NCBI GenBank assembly: GCA_964187785.1
Contig: OZ076409.1
Location: 98,830,001-98,894,000, forward strand
DNA: 64,000 bases
From: Amphiscolops sp. MND2022
Lineage: Eukaryota
Direction of reading: 5' to 3'
Below, one piece after another: positions 23,601-34,452 of this stretch; position 1 is the first letter of the stretch, and every line of letters starts with the position of its first letter. The notes below the pieces were generated by a model, which was not told the DNA's origin, made no database searches, and saw only the letters and a list, made by a program, of their open reading frames with translations. The translations under genes and the position numbers were made by a program.

Positions 23601-24914
23601 TGATGGAAAAGGTAATGTTGTCAGATAAATGTAATCGCGCGGACTTGAATGTGACCGAGATTGTTGAAAGATAAATAATATTTTTTAGAACTACCGGTTT
23701 CACGAGCTGCTCTTTTGCCACGATGGTGACCAATAACAGCTGGTTGAGCCGCGTCCTGTTTTGAGAGTATCATGATGAAGGAATTACTCAAGTGTACAGT
23801 AGTGAGATGACACATCTTACGTTCGTGCAACCAGAAAACAACAAACATTTTCTAGGAACTGGAGACTTTTTATCTCTGTGATATTTTCGTGTGTGTTAGA
23901 TGCGACATCTGATTTATAATACGTAACGTCAACCCGCGTTGTGACTGAACAATATCTTCCAGAAATTGTTAAAATTGCGAAGAACATTGCACACAAAATT
24001 GGCTGACCTGACAGGTACCCATAGATAGAGAACAGCCCAACCAAACACCCCCCCCCCACGGACAAACAGATTAACCTCATCCAACATTGTTGCAGCATGT
24101 GTCCTTTTTCTGGACGTTGCAACACAGTGAAATTTTTTAAATTGAATGAACTCACTCTTATAAAGTACATTTCTTAAACGTGCATCTTGAACTAACATAT
24201 TATTCCGTTCTGTTTCTTGAAAGACAGGACAATTCCTTCGAAGGTCCTATTCCAGGCGTGAACCATTCTTTTTCTGATATATAATATCTAATATAGCTTG
24301 AAAACATGATTTTCTTATATGTTTTGGATGTTTTTTCCATCCCCAAAGATATACTTGTTTCGAATTCAAACACAAGAAAAAACATATTGTTGAGGAAAAA
24401 TACTTCACTAATGAGAGAATATTATATGAATGTCAATATATGGAGGATTTGACGAAAATTGTAAAGTTGTTTTGACACTTCTAGCAAAAACATGACCCTA
24501 ATTTGTTGATGTTATTGTCCAAAATAGCAAATATTCACGCTTGAAACAATCTAAAATCGTATTTAAAAAGCATCTTTTTCAACGCAAATTTCACCAGAAA
24601 TGCGTTTACAAGAAAGTTTCAGACAATTATGCTGAAACGTTGCAAGGCTCGAGTGATATACTATTAAATTACGAACCATTTCAGAAAAGTTTTTGTTCGA
24701 ATAGCAGGTGTAAGACAACCCTAGTTCAGAAAAAATGCTTATCTTGCAAGATTCTTACATTTTTATCTTAAAAGAAAATGCATTTTTCTTGAAAAAATCT
24801 TGCAGGAATCTTTCAAGATGAACATTTTTTCGTTAATTAAAGCCATGTCAAACAATTCTATTCTGGACGAAACTTCGTATTTTTTGCATTTTCTCAAAAT
24901 GTGTACAAAGTCTC

Positions 24915-26551
24915 TGTGATAATCTGCTATTCCCAGTCCTCCTATCATCATGTGATAATCGGCGTTTCCTTGTCTGTTTTCGTTTATTATAATTGTATCG
25001 TCTAAAGTTTCATTTGCAACTCCAAAAGAGGTTCGCGGTTGTCTTAATTCATACATTTTTGAGGACTGAAAGCGATTATCCTGATTTCTGTCTATATCGA
25101 TTTCATTGTTTGATGCGTGTTTTCTCCTGAGATGCTTATTTTCTGGATTTGAAGTGCTAGGTCCATTGTCTTCGACATCCTCTTCATCATTCGCCAAATT
25201 GCTTTCTCTATTTGTTCTGATTCTTTTGAGTATCTCTTCGAAATTACTATTCAGCTGTTGTTCAATTTGTGTCATTTTATGGTTGTTTTGCTCAGAAACC
25301 TCAACTAAAGTCGCATTACCTTGAGTGAAGCTTGTTTCTGAAGTGTTAGCGTCTCTGTCTGATGACTGAGATTCTACTCTCCTTGAACGTCTCTTTCTCT
25401 TGTTTCCCATGATCAAAACAGTGTTGAGTGCGAAAATCTTTGAATTACAAAGATATTTGGGTGAAATGAAATTGAGGATATTTTACAGAAAGGAACTGTA
25501 AAATGTAGGAACTGCGCAATTGTCTTGCAAATTTGGAGTGACTGTCGTGTTAGAGTGTTTTGTTTTTGAATGATTGTGGGGAAAACTGATTTTACAGGTA
25601 TCTTCCAAAATGATTTCATTGGGTGTTATTTTTAGTAGCATGACCATCAGTTTTATTCAAATCATCAAAACGTCATCTTTCTAGGGTCAAAAGTTAAAAA
25701 TAAATCATTACATCACATCCCTAGAAGGTCTAAATATAGCACTGTAGTAGCGGCGGATTAACGAGGAATTTTATGCAAATTATGCTGAATGTTGTCCTAA
25801 TTCCGCATATACTGTCTTATGGAAGCCGCATATTGCAGTATAAAATACTAGCGCCACCGCACATAAGCTCACTATGCTGTTATCACTTTTAATCATCATG
25901 CTGTTTCTAAATAAAATCATCATGCTGTTTCTAAATAAAATGATCATGCTGTTTCTGAATAAAATCATCATGCTGTTTTTAAATAAAATCATCATGCTGT
26001 TTCTAAATAAAATCATCAAGCTGTTTTAGATTAAGAACATCATGCTGCTTTCGTAGGATTTCCGCATACTGTAACGTGAAATGTATGTATGAGCACACGT
26101 GTAGATGTTATGCTGTTTTTCTATTAAAACCGCATATGTTGTTTTATGCAAACCGCATAATGCAGTATAATTCGCTAGCACTGTCCTGCTGGTGTTCAAT
26201 ATGCTGTTTTTGAATATAAACATCATGCTGTTTTTGTGAAATTACCGCATGAACTGTATAGTACATCATAATATGTGTGGGCACCAGAGTGACTAATCAT
26301 TATGCTGTTTTGATTGAAATACCGCATAAGCTATTCTATGAAAACCTCATAATGTAGCATAAAGCATAAGCAGAAGTACGTATGAAATCATTATGCTGTT
26401 TCGTCAATAATACCGCATATGCTGTTTTATACAAACTGCATAATACAGTATATATTACAAGCACAATTACGTGTAAAATCATCATGATGCTGGCGTTGAC
26501 TGCTTCAATTACGTTGCACTCCGGACATCTCGCACGGATAGCCCTGCGACA
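24915..26551 (-). repeat. 3' LTR of element D
   Basis: Matches 28242-29878 with only about 2 substitutions seen. Confidence 0.93.
25890..26050. repeat. 24-bp minisatellite within the D LTR (also at ~29217-29377)
   Basis: About 6-7 tandem copies of AATCATCATGCTGTTTCTAAATAA, set in longer degenerate 'tatgctgtttt..accgcata' repeats. Confidence 0.85.
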
Positions 26552-26869
26552 GTCCAGCTTGTTTGAAGCAGATCAACGCCGCTCCAAGACCATCGATGGA
26601 TGCCCTCGATTGTATAGTCGATCTCGTATAATCTCTTCGTCGTCATCTGCTTTGACACTTTTTGACCTTTGTGATTGTTCCTCGTGTTGTTCACTTAGTT
26701 CTCAGGGTTCGCTATTCGAACAACCCGTTATATCTTTTTGAACTGCCAAATCATTACTTCGAGAAGAGAGAAGATATCTGGATATGATGAAGAAATCGAG
26801 TCGCCAACACAAAGTCTCTATTTTAGTTATTTTTGACGGTTTTCTATTAGAAGAAAACAATCCTGTATT

Positions 26870-27066
26870 AAATTTCGCATCAGCTTTATCACAGGTTTCC
26901 TTCCGGGTTTCCTATACAAAGTAATGAACAAATTTCGTTTTTCTATCAGCCCTCAACAGGCCCATTTTCGGGTTTCCTGTCCAAAGTGATGAACAAATTT
27001 AGTTTTTTCATCAGCTCTTCACATATCCATTTTCGGGTTTCATGTTCCAAGTGATGAACAAATTTG
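26870..27066. repeat. About 63-bp degenerate tandem repeat in the D interior
   Basis: About 3 copies of 'cgggtttc..tccaa.gtgatgaacaaattt....tcagc'. Confidence 0.6.
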
Positions 27067-27389
27067 TTGAGTCGACTCCAGAATTCAAAGTGAGAATTGA
27101 TCAGGTTCCCACAATTTTGATCAGACAACTTCTGTTTCTGATTGGTTTCAGCTTCCTGTGTTTGGAATTTTGTTTGTGTTCTAACTCCTCTCGATCTTTA
27201 CGTTTTTATCCAGAATCCATCTCCTTTTCTTGATTCATTTTCATTCACGGCAGGCTGTGTTGACGGGGTCCCCCCTGTTTTTTGAAGTATCGTGGGTGGG
27301 TGGGTGGCATATTTCCAGTTTAAAATAACGGTTCATTTTCAACTTTGTCCTCTGGTTGGTCACTTCTTTCCCGGTTCAGAATCAAATGA

Positions 27390-27540
27390 CCTTGGTTTGA
27401 AAATTGAGCGCTGGTCCAGTGTCTTTTATTGCTTCGATATTGCTTGATAAGACTTTGATTTCCTTTGGATCTGCTTCAGAAATGGCGCTTGTGATGGCGC
27501 CTGTGTCAAAGAGTCCATCCAGATTGAGGTTTTCGAAATC
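27390..27540 (-). pseudogene. Retroviral-type aspartic protease fragment of element D
   Basis: Minus-strand translation DFENLNLDGLFDTGAITSAISEAD, compared with LEFGEITMDGLVDSGAFINAMSWSD in B. Confidence 0.8.
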
Positions 27541-28011
27541 CGAAGAAAATAGTACATATGGCGTTTCTTTTTGGAAGTAGGGTTTGTGGTGAGATTGAGA
27601 TATAGAACTTTGTTACCATCATCCGTTGTAACATGATTGAAAACATCATTGTCAAGAAGGGGCTGTTTCCCAAATGATGCACTGAAGAAAGTGTTTGTTA
27701 CTTCTGACGTATGTTAACCGTCAGTTTGATTTGTTGATGTAGATTGTTGGTTTGGGTGTTCGTTTTGTGTTTTTCGGTCATTTTGGGTTCAAATTTTTGT
27801 CGCAGTTTGTAGATTTCTGGGCGTCCTTGTATAGTTCATACAGGTCCTCAGAATGAGCAGAATGAGTGTCAGGTGTTTGGAGTTGTGGTTTTCTAGTCAA
27901 TGAGTCGTTTTCTAGTAGCCTAATTTTTCATGGGTTTTGGGCTCAGCGGATGCTGCCACATAACTACTGAGTTTTGTTTTATTGAGAATTTTTTGTGAAG
28001 GCGTGTCATTG

Positions 28012-28737
28012 TTAGTTGAAATCCTTCGATGTCGAAGGTTTTGAATTTCTCCCTGCACGCTTCTCGATTGGTTGGGGAATCTGATTGACGGGGTCTGGCG
28101 GTTCAGGGTGCTTGAGGAAAAGAGGTTCTGCGTTTCGTCCAAGTGTATTTGTGTCGTTTGTTTTGTTAGAATTTTGTCTCAGGATGTTCTTGGTAGGTCC
28201 TGTCACCATGTGATAATCTGCTAATCCCACTCCTGTCACCATGTGATAATCTGCTATTCCCAGTCCTCCTATCATCATGTGATAATCGGCGTTTCCTTGT
28301 CTGTTTTCGTTTATTATAATTGTATCGTCTAAAGTTTCATTTGCAACTCCAAAAGAGGTTCGCGGTTGTCTTAATTCATACATTTTTGAGGACTGAAAGC
28401 GATTATCCTGATTTCTGTCTATATCGATTTCATTGTTTGATGCGTGTTTTCTCCTGAGATGCTTATTTTCTGGATTTGAAGTGCTAGGTCCATTGTCTTC
28501 GACATCCTCTTCATCATTCGCCAAATTGCTTTCTCTATTTGTTCTGATTCTTTTGAGTATCTCTTCGAAATTACTATTCAGCTGTTGTTCAATTTGTGTC
28601 ATTTTATGGTTGTTTTGCTCAGAAACCTCAACTAAAGTCGCATTACCTTGAGTGAAGCTTGTTTCTGAAGTGTTAGCGTCTCTGTCTGATGACTGAGATT
28701 CTACTCTCCTTGAACGTCTCTTTCTCTTGTTTCCCAT
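28012..28737 (-). pseudogene. gag: Truncated gag N-terminus of element D, starting inside the 5' LTR
   Basis: ATG at 28737 (MGNKRKRRSRR...); the frame crosses the LTR end and PBS as DYHMVTG, mirroring CRNMVTG in B. Confidence 0.7.
28191..28241 (-). promoter_or_regulatory. Duplicated tRNA-Leu-like PBS of element D
   Basis: Minus strand: LTR-CA|TGGTGACAGGAGTGGGAT TAGCAGATTATCACA|TGGTGACAGGA CCTACC. Confidence 0.8.
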
Positions 28738-29878
28738 GATCAAAACAGTGTTGAGTGCGAAAATCTTTGAATTACAAAGATATTTGGGTGAAATGAAATT
28801 GAGGATATTTTACAGAAAGGAACTGTAAAATGTAGGAACTGCGCAATTGTCTTGCAAATTTGGAGTGACTGTCGTGTTAGAGTGTTTTGTTTTTGAATGA
28901 TTGTGGGGAAAACTGATTTTAAAGGTATCTTCCAAAATGATTTCATTGGGTGTTATTTTTAGTAGCATGACCATCAGTTTTATTCAAATCATCAAAACGT
29001 CATCTTTCTAGGGTCAAAAGTTAAAAATAAATCATTACATCACATCCCTAGAAGGTCTAAATATAGCACTGTAGTAGCGGCGGATTAACGAGGAATTTTA
29101 TGCAAATTATGCTGAATGTTGTCCTAATTCCGCATATACTGTCTTATGAAAGCCGCATATTGCAGTATAAAATACTAGCGCCACCGCACATAAGCTCACT
29201 ATGCTGTTATCACTTTTAATCATCATGCTGTTTCTAAATAAAATCATCATGCTGTTTCTAAATAAAATGATCATGCTGTTTCTGAATAAAATCATCATGC
29301 TGTTTTTAAATAAAATCATCATGCTGTTTCTAAATAAAATCATCAAGCTGTTTTAGATTAAGAACATCATGCTGCTTTCGTAGGATTTCCGCATACTGTA
29401 ACGTGAAATGTATGTATGAGCACACGTGTAGATGTTATGCTGTTTTTCTATTAAAACCGCATATGTTGTTTTATGCAAACCGCATAATGCAGTATAATTC
29501 GCTAGCACTGTCCTGCTGGTGTTCAATATGCTGTTTTTGAATATAAACATCATGCTGTTTTTGTGAAATTACCGCATGAACTGTATAGTACATCATAATA
29601 TGTGTGGGCACCAGAGTGACTAATCATTATGCTGTTTTGATTGAAATACCGCATAAGCTATTCTATGAAAACCTCATAATGTAGCATAAAGCATAAGCAG
29701 AAGTACGTATGAAATCATTATGCTGTTTCGTCAATAATACCGCATATGCTGTTTTATACAAACTGCATAATACAGTATATATTACAAGCACAATTACGTG
29801 TAAAATCATCATGATGCTGGCGTTGACTGCTTCAATTACGTTGCACTCCGGACATCTCGCACGGATAGCCCTGCGACA
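28242..29878 (-). repeat. 5' LTR of element D
   Basis: TGTCGCAG...GATTATCACA on the minus strand, followed directly by the PBS. Confidence 0.93.
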
Positions 29879-31661
29879 GTCTCTGTTGAAAAACGGTTCT
29901 TTTATCATGAATCCTCGAAAGCACTTTGAATGTTTTTTACTGTGAGAACCTTATCGATCAACATTATTCAACGTTCATTTCCTATTAATGAAAAAACCAT
30001 TAGGACTTGTGGTCTTGAGATGACTTTGTGGTATCTGAGACCGTGAAATGGTTTCGTACCACTTAAAGTAACTATATGCCGATTAAAATAGTTTGTATCC
30101 TGAACGCCCCCAATTTACTCAATTGTGCAACTCTTTTCTCACTTAGCACAGGAAGCTTTTAAAGAAACTACCCCAAATTAATACTGTACAGGCCAAGAAT
30201 CGATCGTTCTTTTCACTACAATCGAGTTGAGCTATTTGTAACAACTGACATGGGCTCTTTTTCCGTCGCATTCTCGTACTTAGGACAACATACTTGAATT
30301 GGAGAAAAACTACTTATGCAAAAGACACCAGAATACCGTTCTCCCTTTTTGTGGTGCGGTTTGTTCTTGAATAAAAACTTAGAATTTCTAAGAACAGATT
30401 TTGAAATGTCGCTTTTTCATGCACGTTTTCAAGCACTATCGAAGAGAGGAAGACTGGACAATGTTTCCTAACAACCCCCCCCCCCCAGGTACACCTTGTT
30501 TCGAATTTCCCCCCACACGAAAACACGCTTTGTTCCTGAAAAAGCTCTCTATTAATAGAACTTTATTATTTTCCGCCCATGTGCCATATGGGAAAGGAAA
30601 ATATTTGAATCAAACGGTTTTTTAAAAAATTGCCAAGCAACAAAATTATATTCGACATAATAGGTGTTACCCATAAAATTCAACTCACACAAATTTAGCT
30701 TCGTGCGATATGTATTTGCAGAGATTTTTTTTGATTTTTTCGGGAATGACGAAGATGACACCATAATGACACAAAAAATTCTGAAATTACCAAATTTTAA
30801 ACGTATGCAATGTCACAGTCCGCTCCCGGACTGGATTGCGGATGCAGGAGAGTTGGCTTTGGGCGTGGACATGGGTGCACCGCAAGACTCACGAAGAGGT
30901 ATTTTGGCTATTAACTCGAACTCTAACTAAATTTAAATAAACTGTGACTTGAAATGCAATAATACTTTTGCCTAGCAAAAATTCCAAATAAAACTAGTGA
31001 ACGCGTTCTAGATTTTTCATGCTCTCGCAAAATTGAATAAAATAGTACCGGAAATGTAAAATACACATTTACCGCGCGCAAATTTGAGCGGAAATGAAAT
31101 AAGGAAGCAAAATAATCCAAAATGATTTCACGCATGTTTGGCTGGACGAGCCAGCCACGACAAATGAAACAATCACAACCTGAAAATTAGAATAAAACTA
31201 TCCCAAGAATAAAGAGACCATAAGCTAATCTAAATGAAAATACATCAAAACTAATCCCGAGAAAATACATTTCATTCGGACCTAAAACAGGAAATTACAG
31301 TGAGACAACACACCGTGGTAATTAAGCCTTTTCTTAGAAAGACAGCTTTACTATTCTTTGAACAGCAATTAGTGGCGTTTAGGACGACAATTTAGCGCTA
31401 AGCAAATAAAGGAACGATAGAAAATAAGCGTACATGTACTTTCGTCGTCAACACAGCGCAGACAAGTTTTGAAGGTATAATTTGTGACGTCACAGCATCG
31501 TCTAAGCATATCAAAAATCATTCCAATTATCCGCCTATACTAATAGTCTAGCTAGAATTCATTCCAATTTTCCGCCAGCGTGACGTCACGGCGTTGGTAG
31601 CTAGCTATCTAATACCTCGCCAGAAATACTCGGCAGCAATGCGTCAAACTAGGTAGATATT

Positions 31662-31815
31662 CAATTCTGCCAAGAAAACTCGTCAACGTGACGTTGACAA
31701 GTTTATGAAATTAGGCTCTGCCAAGAAAACTCGTCAACTTGTCGTTGACAAGTTTATGAAGCTTGAATTCTGCCAAGAAAACTCGTCAACATGACGTTGA
31801 CAAGTTTATGAAATT
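31662..31815. repeat. Three ~52-bp tandem repeats with an internal hairpin in the B LTR (also ~45480-45633)
   Basis: Unit: tctgccaagaaaactcGTCAACgtgacGTTGACaagtttatgaa. Confidence 0.85.
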
Positions 31816-32794
31816 GAATAAAGTGAATGAATTTGCCGAATTTAGTCAAGTTTTCATCGCGCAAATGCCGTTATTTCTTAAGGAGAGGAAATTGCAGACT
31901 GTTGCAAATTGTATAACGAATACATTGTTGATTTTCCATGGTTTAAGGTCCCAATTTAGAATGCGTTTTGGCACATATAGGATAATTTCAACCCCACGTT
32001 AAGTAACAATCATGTACTCTTAACGATAAAGGAATTTCCGCGTATAAACCATCTTATTACAAGATCTCACAGTAGATTAATTAGGAAGTCACAGTTTATT
32101 CTCTCCAACTAAAAGCATATTGTGTACCAGAAATGTATTTTTCATATATTCTGCATTTTTGTACTCTACAACATTGAACGCTGTACTTGTGATTGTGATC
32201 ATGTTTTTCTATATTAGTACATCCGTTGCTGTCCAGTTATTTACGTTGTGTTGGTGTTGTTATTTAACAAACGTTGTTGTTAATTTTGTGTATCTTGTCG
32301 TGTTTGACACGACATGACAAAGTTGCTAACAAAGTATTATTTTCATATCATGATTTCATTCCCATCTCTAGCAAAAGATTGAATCCAAATTCACAAAATA
32401 TCGTCCTAGCATCGTTCAAACATTCCTATTTTGGAATTAGTCATAGCATTTTTATCAAAGCGAAATTCAAAATCAGGTATTTGTTGTTCACGTCAGCGTC
32501 ATCTCAGCGTCAATTTCCCGCGAACCAAAGCAGTAAAACAGGGAAGCATTTCCGGTTTGACAGACTGAAGTAATATCTACTTCCTGCTTGGGAGGAAGCA
32601 AAAGGACGCCGGGATGAAATGATATGATCATGTTTGATGACTAATACTAGTTTAAAGTTGTCGTGTCTTAAAAATCGACGAAATGTCAGCGCAAATTTGG
32701 GAACTTCGTGATTTTTTCATCGATAAAACAGGAAATGACTAATTGTTCGAAGGAAATTAGGGATTGTAGTCGTGATCAAATGATGCTGGGAGGG

Positions 32795-32832
32795 TATAAA
32801 TATGATAGGATTTGATGATTAAGGGACTCAGT
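32795..32832 (+). promoter_or_regulatory. Putative LTR core promoter (TATA plus Inr)
   Basis: TATAAATA at 32795 and TCAGT at 32828, ~120 nt upstream of the gag ATG. Confidence 0.45.
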
Positions 32833-32946
32833 CTTTTGCAATTGTACAATTCAGTTGAATTTTCAATTTCACTCTTGCCTTGTTCTACTTTGTCAGAAAA
32901 ATCTATGAAAGAAATTCAATTCTTCAAGTTCATACTTTTCTACAAA

Positions 32947-34385
32947 ATGTCAACAACAAGAAGCCAAAAAAGAAGGAACGATCAGCAAAGCACCAGTGAG
33001 AACGTAAGTGAAGGCTTGATTTCACCCATAGTAGTAGGAAATCCTTGTTCTTTGAATCAAGACGATGAGGTAGCGGGGCCTTCTAAACCAAAATCCCCCG
33101 GATTGAGAATAGTCTCTTTGAAAGCTTGAGGGCTTCCTTAAAGGAGGAAATAACGTCAGAGATCAAGAATCTTCTTGTCGAATCTCAGAGGGAAATGTTG
33201 AAACTCTTGAAACCTGAAACAAGGGGAAGTATCAGGGAGAATACTGAGGAAGAGATAGAGGAGGAAACTAGAAGTTTCTATACTCCTACAAAATCAGTGA
33301 GGATAAGTTCTACCCAAAACAACCCGATAGCATGTCGTAACATGGTGACAGGAGTCCTAACCGATTCCACCAACCAGCCAAAAAGAACAAAGGCCAGGTC
33401 TCAGAGCCAACCGCCGTCAAAAGAACGTCCAGTAGTGGCAAGGACTTTATTTGCAACAGATAAAAACGATAGCACTACTCTGCCCATGCCAAAAGCACTC
33501 ACGGCGTCACTCCCGACCTTCGATGGGAAGTCGGAAAAATTCGAGCTTTTCGAAGACCTTTTTCGCAATAATATCAAAATGTACCCACACCTTACGGAAA
33601 TCCAAAAAATAAACTACTTCCACTCCCTCCTCAGGGGAGATGCTTTACAAGCATTTTGTAATATCGAAGATACGAAAAAAGATTCCCTTGATGAGATCAT
33701 GACGATTTTCAAACGACGTTTCGGAGATTATTTGTCCATGGCCAAGGCAAGATGCGAATGGGATGAGCTCAAATTCGATCCTTCGAACTAGAAACTCCAC
33801 GAATTTCTGGATGTACTTCAAAAAACCGCCGAAGAAGCCTTCGGCTCTGAAGCCCAACAATTTATTGATAAGGCGATCTATGCAAAAATGCCAGACCATG
33901 TAAAGAAAATATTAAATAGAGCGTACCTTGAAGACAAACCCTACAACGACATCGTACTGCATCTAGAAAGGGAAATGAGACTTAACGGCCTCGGGGCGCC
34001 AGATGAAGTAAACCTGGTACCACTAAGCAAAGTAGAACCAGCCCCACCTAACACTGAGTCCAAACAGGCCGACAACACGACGCAAAACACCAAGAAAGGG
34101 TATTGCTTCTACTGCAACAAATTCGGACACTACAAAGCGGAGTGTAGGAAAAGGAAAAGAGATAAATGGATGCAAACCAAGAGAAACAATGGACAAACCA
34201 ACAACAGTGCAGGCAAATCACTTAAATGCGACACGTGCGGCAAACCCCACAAAACAGAAAATTGTTGGAATGGAGCCAATGCTGCCAACGATCCCCGTCC
34301 CAAGCACCGCACTACACAGGAACAAAAAAGGGACACCCCAGACCAGCTGACAACAACCGACTTCACTGCCGAACCAAAAAACTAA
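32947..34385 (+). pseudogene. gag: gag of element B, starting inside the LTR; one frameshift and one stop
   Basis: MSTTRSQKRR at 32947; C5 run at ~33095 where the 3' LTR has C6 (open frame); LPTFDG capsid-type motif; TAG at 33789; zinc knuckles CFYCNKFGHYKAEC and CDTCGKPHKTENC. Confidence 0.9.
33343..33355 (+). promoter_or_regulatory. PBS of element B, tRNA-Leu-like
   Basis: TGGTGACAGGAGT directly after the LTR CA; same primer as D. Confidence 0.85.
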
Positions 34386-34452
34386 TTACGCCGCGCCTGC
34401 GTTTTGGGGAAAAAGTAGACGCGAGGGCGTATTCAACCGAGGATCCCCCCAC
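34376..34452 (+). promoter_or_regulatory. -1 ribosomal frameshift signal between gag and pol
   Basis: A_AAA_AAC immediately before the gag TAA; pol is in the -1 frame; downstream stem TACGCC..GGCGTA with a GGGG loop and a later CCCCCC. Confidence 0.8.

Larger units (their letters stand above)
24915..29878 (-). mobile_element. Element D: non-autonomous, internally deleted Gypsy LTR element related to B
   Basis: Two 1637-bp direct repeats with TG..CA ends; 5-bp TSD GTCTC at 24910-24914 and 29879-29883; tRNA-Leu-like PBS; 1.7-kb interior with gag and protease remnants. Confidence 0.93.
30811..33342 (+). repeat. 5' LTR of element B (2532 bp)
   Basis: About 20 differences from 44629-47161 by eye (~99% identical). 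Confidence 0.96.

Noticed and set aside
20620..24900. Short ORFs in AT-rich DNA between elements A and D
   Set aside because: No recognisable motifs; the region looks like decayed repeats (e.g. cttgcaaga-rich blocks) that I cannot classify.
25780..26019. ORF with MMILFRNS repeats (also 29107-29346)
   Set aside because: It is only the translation of the 24-bp LTR minisatellite.
24915..29878. Segmental duplication or assembly error
   Set aside because: TG..CA ends, a PBS and a 5-bp TSD show these are the LTRs of one element.
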